A model generated the notes under the pieces. It saw nothing but the letters and a program-made list of their open reading frames with translations, was not told where the DNA came from and did no database searches. Positions 8,493 through 18,019 of a stretch of 64,000 nucleotides of DNA are shown piece by piece. The position numbers and the translations under genes are program-made. Positions within the stretch are counted from its first letter, which is position 1, and every line of letters starts with the position of its first letter. The stretch comes from an uncultured Bdellovibrionales bacterium (lineage in GTDB: Bacteria > Patescibacteriota > Minisyncoccia > Moranbacterales > UBA1568). The DNA is taken from the NCBI GenBank assembly GCA_964500505.1, contig CAZCNN010000001.1:2621-66620 (forward strand), written 5' to 3'.

Positions 8493-9938
8493 CTATTCCT
8501 TTTCTTCATCAGGTCCCGACTCTGTCTCTAACTTGGAGCGGATGATGGGGGCGAAGTAGGCTAGCGTATCCGCGCTGGAAGATTGCCCGAGGAGACTCTT
8601 GGTATCAATGGGTTCAGTTTTGAGTGATTCTGGCGGTTTACCTGCGAGGAGATTGATCAGGTGTGAGAGAAAGGTTGTGGCATACTGGCCCTTGCCGAGC
8701 TCAAACGACAGGACTAGTCCCTGGTCGCAGACCCGGATGCCATGGAGAGTTGGGCGGTCACTGGTGGGGAGACTCCGTTCTCGAATCTGCAGGAATGGAA
8801 ACGGCTTGAGATTTTCGAATGGTGGCGGGTAGATACCATCACGACGTAGCTGTGCTTCATAGGGAGCCCAGCTTTTTTTGTTGAAACCAAGAAAGAGCGG
8901 GAGGCGATCAGGGAGTGGTTGGCCAGTGTGGGTAAGCAGGGAGAGAGCTTCGTTGTAGTATCGTGAGGCGAGCGCATAGACCCAGAGCACTATCTGGTCG
9001 CTGATTTGAGCGAGGGCACCACTATAGTCATCAGGGTGGGTTTGCAGGTGTCGAATCAGGCGGAGCTCATGACGGAAGATGATTGGAAAGGGTGCAATGA
9101 GTGATTCGATAGCGTCCCAGTGACCCCAGAGCTGGGCACATTCGGCGCGCAAATTTTTGAAGTAGGTGAGCTCCCGCGGGGCCTGGTAGGTGAGGGCGCC
9201 ATGGACAGCCTCTTCATACTCGCCACGGAGGATAGAGAGGCCCCAGGCGTAGTTGTGGAGGCGCGGCGTGCCGAAACGTTGGAGGTAGAAATAGTTCGCA
9301 AAGCCATGATCACGGATAGTGGCGAGATTCTCCGCAAAAGCATCTAGGGTATCCTTGCGAAAGAACATCTCATCAGTCCGGATGAGAAGCGTGAAACGAT
9401 TACCTCGGAGCCCACCGGTCGCGACGACACCATTGCCAGCGGAGACATCTTTGAGGAAAAAGTAGGGTGAAGAAAGGGACTTGAGTTTCTGAGCGGATAT
9501 TTTACGAAAAGAAAGACGCTGAGCAGTGAGGGCGTCGCGGTCTTTGATGCCAGCATAGCCGATGGCGGAGCGTTCGCACCCGAGCTGAGTCACTATATCG
9601 TCGATAGCCTCAATGGTTGAGACGCCACATTTGACCAGGGTAGCGTAGGTAGTGGGGGCGTAGGGGAGTGATGTCTCCTCGGTGAGGAGATTCTCCCGAG
9701 TCACGGTGTAGAGTTCTCCCTCGGGACCGACCTCTTCTACGATGAAGTCTCCTGGCCAGAGCTTGAGGTATCCCGTAGCAAACGACTGCTTGCCAGGGAT
9801 ATCGATGCCAAATTCACGGAGGAGAGAGCTATCCTCGACGTAGGTCCGTCGTTCAAAGAGCTCGGGGTGAGCCAGTGCTTCCTTGGCGAGTATCTCGTGC
9901 TCCTGGTTTTTGTTTTCCTGCCGGTCTGTTGATGGCAT
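8493..9938 (-). CDS. truD: tRNA pseudouridine(13) synthase TruD
   Basis: The GYAGIKDRDALTAQ motif (GxKD catalytic Asp region) and overall TruD/Pus7 architecture are present. The start is taken at MPSTD. Confidence 0.65.
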   Translation of the reverse strand: MPSTDRQENKNQEHEILAKEALAHPELFERRTYVEDSSLLREFGIDIPGKQSFATGYLKLWPGDFIVEEVGPEGELYTVTRENLLTEETSLPYAPTTYATLVKCGVSTIEAIDDIVTQLGCERSAIGYAGIKDRDALTAQRLSFRKISAQKLKSLSSPYFFLKDVSAGNGVVATGGLRGNRFTLLIRTDEMFFRKDTLDAFAENLATIRDHGFANYFYLQRFGTPRLHNYAWGLSILRGEYEEAVHGALTYQAPRELTYFKNLRAECAQLWGHWDAIESLIAPFPIIFRHELRLIRHLQTHPDDYSGALAQISDQIVLWVYALASRYYNEALSLLTHTGQPLPDRLPLFLGFNKKSWAPYEAQLRRDGIYPPPFENLKPFPFLQIRERSLPTSDRPTLHGIRVCDQGLVLSFELGKGQYATTFLSHLINLLAGKPPESLKTEPIDTKSLLGQSSSADTLAYFAPIIRSKLETESGPDEEKE

Positions 9939-10011
9939 GTACGTAGTGATATATTTGAATACTAGCAAAATTCTTCTTTTTTGACACGCATTTTATGATG
10001 CAGGCCATTCT

Positions 10012-10040
10012 TTGACCAAAAGGGGATTTTCGGCTATGCT
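10012..10040 (+). promoter_or_regulatory. Sigma70-like promoter TTGACC-17-TATGCT upstream of proS
   Basis: TTGACC lies at 10012-17 and TATGCT at 10035-40. The spacer contains the 15-nt motif AAAAGGGGATTTTCG. Confidence 0.45.
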
Positions 10041-10062
10041 GAAAGAAATTTAGGCTTATACT

Positions 10063-11301
10063 ATGAAACAATCACACCTGTTTACCAAGACGAAAAAGGA
10101 AGCGCCGAAGGATGAGGTGAGCCGGAATGCGGAGCTTCTTATCCGCGCTGGCTTTATCCACAAAGAAATGGCGGGCGTGTATTCGTTTCTTCCTTTGGGA
10201 CTCCGGACGCTCAATAAAGTGATGCAGGTAATTCGCGAGGAAATGGATGCAATTGGGGGACAAGAAGTTTCTCTGACAGCTTTGCAGGAGAAGTCCTTGT
10301 GGGAAAAGACGGATCGTTGGGATGATGAGAAAGTGGATGTTTGGTTCAAGACTGCTTTGAAGAACGGGACGGAAGTCGGTCTCGGGTGGTCTCATGAAGA
10401 GCCAATCACGCGGCTCATGCAGCAGCAAATTTCTTCATATCGCGATTTTCCGGTACTGGCGTATCAGTTCCAGACCAAGTTTCGCAACGAGACGCGGGCT
10501 AAGAGTGGTATCATGCGGACGCGTGAATTTATCATGAAGGATCTGTATTCGTTCGCCCGGACGCAAGCCGAACATGAGGAGGTGTACTCGTCCGTACGAG
10601 AAGCATACGTACGGGTGTTTGCCCGTGTTGGGTTGGGTCAGGTGACGTATCCAGCGTTTGCATCAGGTGGCGCGTTCAGTAAGTATTCTGAAGAATTTCA
10701 GACCGTGAGCGATGCCGGTGAAGACGTGATCTATGTCGATGAAGCAAGTGGTCAGGCATTGAACAAAGAAGTACTGAATGATGAGGTGATGGCTGATCTG
10801 GGATTACAAAAAGAGAATCTGGTGGCGAAGAAATCTATAGAAGTAGGGAATATTTTTAATCTGGGTACGAGGTTTTCAGATCCACTCGGTTTGACTTACA
10901 AAGATGAGGAAGGAAAGGCTGTGCCAGTAGTGATGGGCTGTTACGGCATTGGTCCGGCGCGCGTCATGGGCACCATCGCCGAGGTGCTTTCTGATGAGGC
11001 AGGACTCGTCTGGCCGGAGAGTGTGGCGCCATTTCGGGTGCACCTCCTCTCGCTCGGGGCCGATGAGAAAGCGAATGAGATCTATGGGGCTCTGACAGGG
11101 GCTGGTATCGAGGTCCTCTACGATGACCGAGATACTCCCGCAGGGGCCAAGTTCGCCGAGAGTGATCTCCTCGGACTCCCGTATCGTATCGTGATTGGCA
11201 AACGTTCACTTGAAAGTGGTAAGGCCGAAGTCAAGAAGCGCACTGACAAAGAAGCAACCGAAGTGGCGTTCGAAGAACTGGTCGCATTTTTCAAACCATA
11301 G
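10063..11301 (+). CDS. proS: Prolyl-tRNA synthetase (short form, class II)
   Basis: Class II aaRS motifs are present (RTREFIMKDLYSF). The N-terminal HLFTKTKKEAPKDEVSRNAELLIRAGFI matches the ProRS N-terminus. A C-terminal anticodon-binding domain is present. Confidence 0.75.
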   Translation: MKQSHLFTKTKKEAPKDEVSRNAELLIRAGFIHKEMAGVYSFLPLGLRTLNKVMQVIREEMDAIGGQEVSLTALQEKSLWEKTDRWDDEKVDVWFKTALKNGTEVGLGWSHEEPITRLMQQQISSYRDFPVLAYQFQTKFRNETRAKSGIMRTREFIMKDLYSFARTQAEHEEVYSSVREAYVRVFARVGLGQVTYPAFASGGAFSKYSEEFQTVSDAGEDVIYVDEASGQALNKEVLNDEVMADLGLQKENLVAKKSIEVGNIFNLGTRFSDPLGLTYKDEEGKAVPVVMGCYGIGPARVMGTIAEVLSDEAGLVWPESVAPFRVHLLSLGADEKANEIYGALTGAGIEVLYDDRDTPAGAKFAESDLLGLPYRIVIGKRSLESGKAEVKKRTDKEATEVAFEELVAFFKP

Positions 11302-11304
11302 ACT

Positions 11305-12015
11305 ATGCCCAAAGCCTACCCCAAGAAAGAACGCATCATTGTCTCACTCGGTGGATCACTCCTTGTCCCAGAGAGTATCGATGCCGAGTTTGTGGCCAAC
11401 TTCAAAAAGTTTATCGTCTCTCACATCAAAAAGGGCTACCACTTTATCTTGGTGACGGGTGGTGGCAAGACCGCTCGCCGGTATATTGAGGCCGCTGGTC
11501 AGATCACCAAAATCACCGACGAGGACCGGGACTGGCTCGGTATCCATGCCACTCGGATGAACGCACATCTCGTGCGTACCATCTTTCGGGAGTATGCTCA
11601 TCCTCGGATCAACACCAACCCGCATGACCTGGAGGACTTTTATTCGGCACCAGAGCCAATCCTCGTCGCCGCCGGCTGGCGACCCGGGTTCTCGACTGAC
11701 TTCGACGCGGTCGTGATTGGCAAGTACCTCGATGTCAAGAAAATCATCAACCTCTCGAACGTCGAGCGGGTATACGACAAGGATCCGCGTGTTCACGCTG
11801 ACGCCACGCCGTATGATGCTATTACCTGGAAAGACTTTCGCAAAATTGTCGGCAAGAAGTGGAATCCTGGGATGAATGTACCGTTTGATCCGATCGCATC
11901 AGCTATGGCCGAGAAAGAGGGGATGGAAGTGGCGATCATGAACGGTGGCGACCTCACCAATGTGACCAACTATATAGCTGGGAAGAAATTTGTCGGCACC
12001 CTCATCAAAGACTGA
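11305..12015 (+). CDS. pyrH: UMP kinase
   Basis: The amino-acid kinase fold is evident (VSLGGSLL...FILVTGGGKTARRY...GIHATRMNAHL). Confidence 0.75.
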   Translation: MPKAYPKKERIIVSLGGSLLVPESIDAEFVANFKKFIVSHIKKGYHFILVTGGGKTARRYIEAAGQITKITDEDRDWLGIHATRMNAHLVRTIFREYAHPRINTNPHDLEDFYSAPEPILVAAGWRPGFSTDFDAVVIGKYLDVKKIINLSNVERVYDKDPRVHADATPYDAITWKDFRKIVGKKWNPGMNVPFDPIASAMAEKEGMEVAIMNGGDLTNVTNYIAGKKFVGTLIKD

Positions 12016-12073
12016 CGAGTATTTCTCGTCATCCCGTACAAGATACGGGATCTAGAATGCCTGTAATGATACT

Positions 12074-13033
12074 ATGCAAACAGTGAAAAAAGTGCTCCTC
12101 GCCAGTCCTCGGGGATTTTGTGCAGGAGTGGCGCGTGCAGTGAAGGCGGTAGAGGACACACTCGAGATCTTTGGGGCTCCGGTCTACGTGAAGCATGAGA
12201 TTGTGCATAATAAATACGTGGTAGAGTCACTCGAAAAAAAGGGTGCTATCACTATCGACTCGCTCAGTGAGGCGCCCGAGGGAGCGGTCGTCGTCTTCTC
12301 GGCTCATGGCTCGCCCAAGAGTCACTATGACGAGGCACGTGCTCGTAAACAAAACCTAATCGATGCCACTTGTCCCTTGGTCACCAAGGTGCATCTCGAA
12401 GTCACGCGGTTTCTCCGCGATGGGTATACTATCGTCTATATCGGACACAAGGGCCATATCGAAGGCGTCGGTGTACTCGGTGAAGCGCCCGAGGTGCATA
12501 TCCCACTCATCGAGACGGTAGCGGATGTAGAACGGCTCGATATCGGACAACCAGAGAAGATGGTCTATCTCACTCAGACGACGCTCTCAATCGATGATAC
12601 TCGTGAAGTGATCTCGGCGCTACAGACCAAGTATCCTCAGATCATCGCGCCACCGCTTGAAGATATCTGTTACGCGACAACTAACCGCCAAGAAGCGGTG
12701 AAGGTGCTCGCCAAAGAGTGTGACCTCGTCCTCATCGTCGGCTCTCGGTCTTCGTCCAATTCGACTCGGCTCATGGAAACTGCCAATGCCTGCGGTACTA
12801 TCGCCTATCTCGTCGATGATGTACATGATCTCGATCCGCGCTGGTTCCAGGGGGTCGAGGTGGTTGGGATGAGTGCGGGTGCCAGTGCCCCGGAGCATCT
12901 CGTCCAGGCTATCGTCTCGCATATCACCGCTCTGGGAGCCATCGTTGAGGACCTGGTCGTCAAACCAGAAACGATGAAATTTGCCGAGCCACTCGAGCTC
13001 ATGAAAATCCGAGCCATGGCGAAGCATGTTTAA
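12074..13033 (+). CDS. ispH: 4-hydroxy-3-methylbut-2-enyl diphosphate reductase IspH/LytB
   Basis: Conserved Cys motifs are present (GFCAGV, ATCPLVTKVH) together with FSAHG. Confidence 0.8.
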   Translation: MQTVKKVLLASPRGFCAGVARAVKAVEDTLEIFGAPVYVKHEIVHNKYVVESLEKKGAITIDSLSEAPEGAVVVFSAHGSPKSHYDEARARKQNLIDATCPLVTKVHLEVTRFLRDGYTIVYIGHKGHIEGVGVLGEAPEVHIPLIETVADVERLDIGQPEKMVYLTQTTLSIDDTREVISALQTKYPQIIAPPLEDICYATTNRQEAVKVLAKECDLVLIVGSRSSSNSTRLMETANACGTIAYLVDDVHDLDPRWFQGVEVVGMSAGASAPEHLVQAIVSHITALGAIVEDLVVKPETMKFAEPLELMKIRAMAKHV

Positions 13034-13042
13034 CATGATTCT

Positions 13043-14176
13043 ATGCGTGTAGCAGTTCAGGCATCAGACTTGGACCATCGTCGCATCGATGGGACGCGAG
13101 TGTACCTCCGGGAGCTCCTGAAGCGTTTCGGTGAGCTCTCACCAGAGACGGACTTTACTCTCTATCACAAGGGTGAATTCAACCCGGTTCTGGCCCCACC
13201 TGAAGCACCTAATTATACCCCACTGTCCCTACCATTTCCCTATGCTTGGATGCAGACTCGGTTTGCGCTTGAGCTCGCCCTCAATCGTCCGGACAAACTC
13301 TTTCTCCCGATTCAAGCCGCTCCGATTCTCATGCCAGGGTCCGTGGAAGTGACGGCCACGATTCATGACCTTGCCTTCAAGCGCTTTCCGGAGACGTTCC
13401 CAAAGCGAGATTTGTGGAAGCTCAACTTTATGCTCGAGACGGCTGTGAAGCGGGCCGACAAGCTGATAGCCGTGTCAGAGTCGACCAAACATGATCTCCT
13501 TGAATTCTTTCCGTCACTTCCCGAGTCACGAGTGCGGGTTATTCATCATGGCTTCGATGCCGAGTTTTTTGGCGCGCGTGTTGGAGATGAGGTGCTGACA
13601 CCCATACTAAAAAGCTATAACCTAAAAGCTAAAAGCTACGTATTGTACGTCGGCGCTCTCCAGCCACGGAAGAACCTGGTCCGGCTCATTGAGGCTTTTG
13701 GCGTGATGAAGAAGTCGGTACCGGAGGCGAAGCTCGTCCTCGCAGGGGAGGAGGCCTGGCTCGCTGAAACCATCGTCTCCGTCTGGGAACAGAGTCCGTA
13801 CCGTGACGACATCGTCCTCCCGGGACGGGTATCGTTTGAGACACTGCGCGCACTCTATCAGAAGGCGCGGATGTTCGCATTTCCGTCGCTTTACGAGGGT
13901 TTTGGGCTCCCGATACTCGAAGCCTTCGCTTCGGGTATTCCGGTCCTTACGGCCGAGAATTCGAGCTTGAGTGAGGTAGCGGGGGACGGCGCGCTTTACT
14001 GCCAGGCTACTGATACGGCCGGTATGGCAACTAAATTGGTACAGCTCTGGCAGGATGAGGTATTGAGGCAGGAGCTGGTCGCTCGTGGGACTGCTCGGCT
14101 GACAGGGTTTTCCTGGGACCGTTGTGCCCGCGAGACGTTGGATAATATCCTTGACAAAAATACAAATCTGTCCTAG
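13043..14176 (+). CDS. GT4-family (GT-B) glycosyltransferase
   Basis: The C-terminal EX7E-type motif FPSLYEGFGLPILEAFASGIPVL is present. Confidence 0.75.
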   Translation: MRVAVQASDLDHRRIDGTRVYLRELLKRFGELSPETDFTLYHKGEFNPVLAPPEAPNYTPLSLPFPYAWMQTRFALELALNRPDKLFLPIQAAPILMPGSVEVTATIHDLAFKRFPETFPKRDLWKLNFMLETAVKRADKLIAVSESTKHDLLEFFPSLPESRVRVIHHGFDAEFFGARVGDEVLTPILKSYNLKAKSYVLYVGALQPRKNLVRLIEAFGVMKKSVPEAKLVLAGEEAWLAETIVSVWEQSPYRDDIVLPGRVSFETLRALYQKARMFAFPSLYEGFGLPILEAFASGIPVLTAENSSLSEVAGDGALYCQATDTAGMATKLVQLWQDEVLRQELVARGTARLTGFSWDRCARETLDNILDKNTNLS

Positions 14177-14235
14177 AGTATCAGGACACATTTGGTACCT
14201 TTTCGCCGATTATTCGGCATCAACTGGAGTGGATT

Positions 14236-14562
14236 ATGAAGGATGTTCCGGGGCTCTTTCAAGAAGCCCAGGGTCTTGTGGCCGCACTGCGAGGTGTGAG
14301 CGAGGCCAAGAAGCTGGTAGATTTGCTGGTCCCCCAGGATCAGTCGGCGACGCTTGACGCACTGAAGAAGTGCTATCGCTACAACCCCCCGCAATTGCAT
14401 CAGAACAACGATGCGCTGGTGCTTCTGACACGCTACTTGCGTGAGCTTCATGTCATGGTGGACCGTTGCCATCTGCGCCAGGATGTCTCGTCCGTTGGTG
14501 AGGCGTTGGCAGCTATGTATCTCGCGGCAACTCTGCCTCGTGATGGTGGACACGCGGTCTGA
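14236..14562 (+). CDS. Hypothetical helical protein (108 aa) in a GC-rich islet
   Basis: A GGAG SD lies 6 nt upstream. A hairpin plus T6 terminator lies downstream at about 14588-14620. GC is about 58%. A longer antisense ORF also exists, so strand choice rests on the SD and terminator. Confidence 0.4.
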   Translation: MKDVPGLFQEAQGLVAALRGVSEAKKLVDLLVPQDQSATLDALKKCYRYNPPQLHQNNDALVLLTRYLRELHVMVDRCHLRQDVSSVGEALAAMYLAATLPRDGGHAV

Positions 14563-14587
14563 CGAGTATCGCAGTGGACACTGACGT

Positions 14588-14620
14588 CTGCGGTGAGGTC
14601 GAACGACCCGCCGCTTTTTT
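14588..14620 (+). terminator. Putative rho-independent terminator
   Basis: A GC-rich imperfect hairpin (GCGG...CCGCCGC) is followed by TTTTTT. Confidence 0.45.
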
Positions 14621-14869
14621 CTTGCCAGCGTTGTTCAAGAACGACGTGGCTTGCACATCTGATTATTCTGTGTCACAATAGTTCTGCTCAATCAGAGCGT
14701 TTTTTATTAAGGAATGGCCTCCCGCACAAATTCCGAAACGAGCTGGAGGAAATGGTAGGTCAGTTGCACGGAAACGCCTACGGCTCCGTGTTGCTACAAG
14801 GAAGATTTAATCTAGGAATTAAAGCGGGATGCTCATAAATGTAGCTCTTCGCTTCACTCAGAGACATTT

Positions 14870-16327
14870 ATGGCAAAGGACAACGTTGTTCTCAGATTTG
14901 ATAAGGTGTCGTTTGAATACGGACACAAGAAACCCATCTTAGATGAGGTCAGTTTTAGTTTGCGCGTGGGTTCCAAGATTACTCTCATGGGTCAGAATGG
15001 GGCCGGCAAGAGCTCACTCTTTAAGCTCATTACCCGTGAGGAACAGCCTCAGGCCGGACGGATCTCGATTGACCGGGACGCCGTCGTGGCTATCGGGCGC
15101 CAGACCATTCCGCGTGACCAGCTTGATTTGACCGTCGAAGAATACTTTCAGCAGTTTTTTCATGAGAAGCAGTGGAACCTCGCGAAGCACATCGCCGATG
15201 TCCTCGAGGTAGTCAACCTCCCCATGCCACCACTCGATAAGAAAATCCGTCAGTTTAGCGGTGGTCAGCAGGCCCGGCTCCTCCTCGCCTCAGCCCTCAT
15301 CCAGGATCCAGATATCCTCCTCCTCGATGAACCGACGAACAACCTCGACTACGCTGGTATCTCACACCTGACCCAGTTCCTCATTGATTACAAAAAGACG
15401 GTCATCGTTATCTCGCACGATGCCGAATTCTTGAACGCCTTTACGGAGGGTGTGTTTTATCTCGATATCTTTACTCACCAGATCGAACAGTATACTGGCA
15501 ACTACTATGACGTGGTAGAGGAGATCGCCAAGCGTATCGCCAAGGCCCAGAGTGAAAACGTTCGCCTCGAACGCACGATTCAGGAGAAAAAAGATCAGGC
15601 CAACGTCTTTGCCAACAAGGGAGGCAAGCTCCGTGCCGTCGCCAAGCGTATGCGTACGCTCGCCGAAGAACTCGAGGAAAACAAAGTTGATGTCCGTCAG
15701 GAAGACAAGACGCTCTCGGCTTTTGAAATCCCTACTCATGGTATCGTGGGACCGATTGTGAACATCAAGACTGTGTCGGTACTCGGTGAGTTCGGGCCGA
15801 ACATCAAGCGCGTGGATATGATCCTCAAGAAAAACACACACCTCGTTGTATCCGGGCCAAATGGTATCGGTAAGTCGACCTTTCTCGAGGAGCTCGCTAC
15901 TGGCAACACCGAACGGGCCGAGATTACGCCCGGGGTCAAGGTTGGTTACTATCGACAGGATTTTTCGACTTTGGACTTCAACAAGACTGTAGCAGAGACC
16001 TTGCTTGATTCACTCCCAGAGAAGAACATCGAGCTCGCCTACAAGGTGGCGACCAAGTTTCTCGTGCCAGCAGAACTGCTCCAGAACAAAGTCGAGAGTC
16101 TCTCGGAGGGCCAAAAGGGACTCCTCATGTTTGCTTGTCTCTATGCCGAGAAGCCTGACCTCCTCATCCTTGATGAACCGACCAATCATATCAACTTCCG
16201 CCATCTCCCAGTGATCGCCGAGGCCCTCGATAAGTATCAGGGTGCCATGATTCTCGTCTCTCACGTCCCGGACTTTGTCGCTCAGATCCGCATCGATGAG
16301 GTGCTTGATCTCGAATCGTTGAGCTAG
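14870..16327 (+). CDS. ABC-F family ATPase (tandem ABC domains, no TMD)
   Basis: Two Walker A motifs (GQNGAGKSS and GPNGIGKST) and two LSGGQ/LSEGQ signatures are present, with an inter-domain linker. Confidence 0.85.
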   Translation: MAKDNVVLRFDKVSFEYGHKKPILDEVSFSLRVGSKITLMGQNGAGKSSLFKLITREEQPQAGRISIDRDAVVAIGRQTIPRDQLDLTVEEYFQQFFHEKQWNLAKHIADVLEVVNLPMPPLDKKIRQFSGGQQARLLLASALIQDPDILLLDEPTNNLDYAGISHLTQFLIDYKKTVIVISHDAEFLNAFTEGVFYLDIFTHQIEQYTGNYYDVVEEIAKRIAKAQSENVRLERTIQEKKDQANVFANKGGKLRAVAKRMRTLAEELEENKVDVRQEDKTLSAFEIPTHGIVGPIVNIKTVSVLGEFGPNIKRVDMILKKNTHLVVSGPNGIGKSTFLEELATGNTERAEITPGVKVGYYRQDFSTLDFNKTVAETLLDSLPEKNIELAYKVATKFLVPAELLQNKVESLSEGQKGLLMFACLYAEKPDLLILDEPTNHINFRHLPVIAEALDKYQGAMILVSHVPDFVAQIRIDEVLDLESLS

Positions 16328-16337
16328 AGGCGTTTCT

Positions 16338-16369
16338 TTCTCTGAGATTTCAGAGAAGATTTATTTTTT
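16338..16369 (+). terminator. Rho-independent terminator after the ABC-F gene
   Basis: An 8-bp stem TTCTCTGA/TCAGAGAA with a GATT loop is followed by GATTTATTTTTT. Confidence 0.6.
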
Positions 16370-16390
16370 CATCTGGGGCGCTCTTGCAAG

Positions 16391-16407
16391 CAACCTTTCA
16401 AAGTACC
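16391..16407 (+). repeat. 17-nt intergenic motif CAACCTTTCAAAGTACC (copy 2) in the loop of an 8-bp hairpin
   Basis: A GCAAGCAA/TTGCTTGC stem at 16387-16394 and 16410-16417 encloses the motif. It is located between convergent genes. Confidence 0.6.
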
Positions 16408-16436
16408 GCTTGCTTGCCCCTGCGAGGCAAGTTTCT

Positions 16437-16883
16437 CTATTTTTCTTCAAAAAAGAGTTGCCAGAAGAGGTAACCGACAATGAGAAACAAGAGAATGATG
16501 ACGGGGATACTGAGCGGAGGGAATTTGATGAGGGAGACGACGAGGATGGAGATACCCCAGAGGAGAGCGAGTACAAAGAGGGGATGACGAGGAGCGATCG
16601 TGAGAGGAAATGAGAGACCCAGGAATCGACCGAGGGCGGTGATGAGAAGGGTGAGGACCACGAGCACGAGGAGGAATAGCGCGAGACTAAAACGGACTGT
16701 GACAAAGGTCGGGAGGAGGGTCTCGACGGTAAAGAGCCCCACGAAATAGAGGTAGCCGATGACGAGGGCCTCGGTCGCGAGCGCATAGAGTACCTGGAGG
16801 AGACCGGACTCTTTAGAGTGACGGAGGGTAGAAACAAATTGCTGGTAGAGAAATTGCATAGACGGATATTTAGGCGCCACCAA
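16437..16883 (-). CDS. Small polytopic membrane protein
   Basis: Four hydrophobic helices are predicted. It is the last gene of a minus-strand operon. An alternative start at 16859 would avoid overlap with the upstream gene. Confidence 0.45.
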   Translation of the reverse strand: MVAPKYPSMQFLYQQFVSTLRHSKESGLLQVLYALATEALVIGYLYFVGLFTVETLLPTFVTVRFSLALFLLVLVVLTLLITALGRFLGLSFPLTIAPRHPLFVLALLWGISILVVSLIKFPPLSIPVIILLFLIVGYLFWQLFFEEK

Positions 16884-18018
16884 AGCGAGCGAGGAGGCGC
16901 TGTTTGATTTGGGAGAGGAGGGTCAGCATGTTCTCTCGGTTCTGGGCTGTTTCGAATGAGGCCGTGAGGGAATTCATATCGATAGCGGTGCCACTCCCGA
17001 TAGAGAGTTCAAAATCATTACCATAGAGAGTAGGGAGGGAAATTGGGAGTTCACAGAGAAGTGCTGTACCCCAGACATTGGGCGTGAGCGTGCAGGAGAG
17101 AGTGGTTTCACTCGCCGTGGTAGAAACGAGGATTGGGTAGGTAGTATGTGTGAGGAGAAAGTCACGGTATGGGCTAGCGGGCAACGGACGCTTGGTACCC
17201 TCTCCGATAATGAAGTAGGTATCATTGTCGATATCTCGGAGAATTGTCCCATCGGGATGCGCGGCACCAAGGAGGATGATGCGACCACGCTCATAGACAC
17301 CGAGCTCTTCTTCACTCACGCTCACGACATCTTCAAAATGGTAGCCGAGTGCGAGGAATATCTCGGCACTTCCCACCGGGCGTACCTCAGTCTCGCTCAC
17401 CACGATAAAGACACCGGTAGCGTTGCCGAGGAGCGAGCCGACGCGGAAACCGAGCCACTGCTCTGAGATGGGATAGAGGGAGAGGAGCGATTGATCAGCC
17501 GGTACCGCCCGTCCTTCTGGGAGGTGTGAAAGGTAGGCGGCTTGGCTTACAAAAGGATGAAGTACACCATCACGGAGGGCGTAGTAGGTATCGTCGAGTC
17601 GGTAGGCGGTCTCGGTAGGGAAGTCAGTGACGGGTGCACCGGTCGGATACAAAAAGCTCTGATACGAGCGCCGAACGGAAAAATCAAGCGTCTCGGGAAA
17701 GGCAGATTTCTTTTCGAGGTTGGCCCGGACGGAGAGGAGGGAGAAATCACCCACTACGGTGGTGTCAGCGATCATGCGACTACCGGCTTCGATCTTGCCA
17801 TTTTCGCGAGGCGTAGCGTCAGGTGCTCGTGGATGGAGGATGGTGTTTTTGCTTGATCCTGGTGAGCGGAAATCAAACTGCTGGGTAATCACTGGAAAGA
17901 GGGCCCGGAGCGCCATATATATCGTGACCATGGCAATCAAGAGGTAGAGGAGGCCGCGGAGCGCGAGATACGTATGGCGCCAGGGCTTGGCAATGGGGAG
18001 CGGGTAGAGGAAAGACAT
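16870..18018 (-). CDS. Membrane-anchored extracytoplasmic protein, unknown function
   Basis: A single N-terminal TM is present. It lies immediately downstream of the GT-C gene on the same strand with a 1-bp gap. Confidence 0.5.
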   Translation of the reverse strand: MSFLYPLPIAKPWRHTYLALRGLLYLLIAMVTIYMALRALFPVITQQFDFRSPGSSKNTILHPRAPDATPRENGKIEAGSRMIADTTVVGDFSLLSVRANLEKKSAFPETLDFSVRRSYQSFLYPTGAPVTDFPTETAYRLDDTYYALRDGVLHPFVSQAAYLSHLPEGRAVPADQSLLSLYPISEQWLGFRVGSLLGNATGVFIVVSETEVRPVGSAEIFLALGYHFEDVVSVSEEELGVYERGRIILLGAAHPDGTILRDIDNDTYFIIGEGTKRPLPASPYRDFLLTHTTYPILVSTTASETTLSCTLTPNVWGTALLCELPISLPTLYGNDFELSIGSGTAIDMNSLTASFETAQNRENMLTLLSQIKQRLLARFGGA

Positions 18019-18019
18019 A

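Noticed and set aside
7760-8509. 249-aa ORF on the minus strand fully antisense to the 218-aa GC-rich gene
   Set aside because: Its composition (L/V/D/R-rich) is typical of antisense frames in GC-rich DNA. It has no SD or promoter. The plus-strand gene has a consensus promoter, perfect SD and terminator.
14173-14553. 126-aa minus-strand ORF overlapping the 108-aa plus-strand orphan
   Set aside because: The same GC-rich antisense artefact pattern applies. It has no SD. The plus-strand ORF has an SD and a downstream terminator. Strand choice remains uncertain, so confidence is kept low.
15362-15841. 159-aa minus-strand ORF inside the ABC-F gene
   Set aside because: It is antisense to a gene with two complete ABC cassettes and shows no signals.
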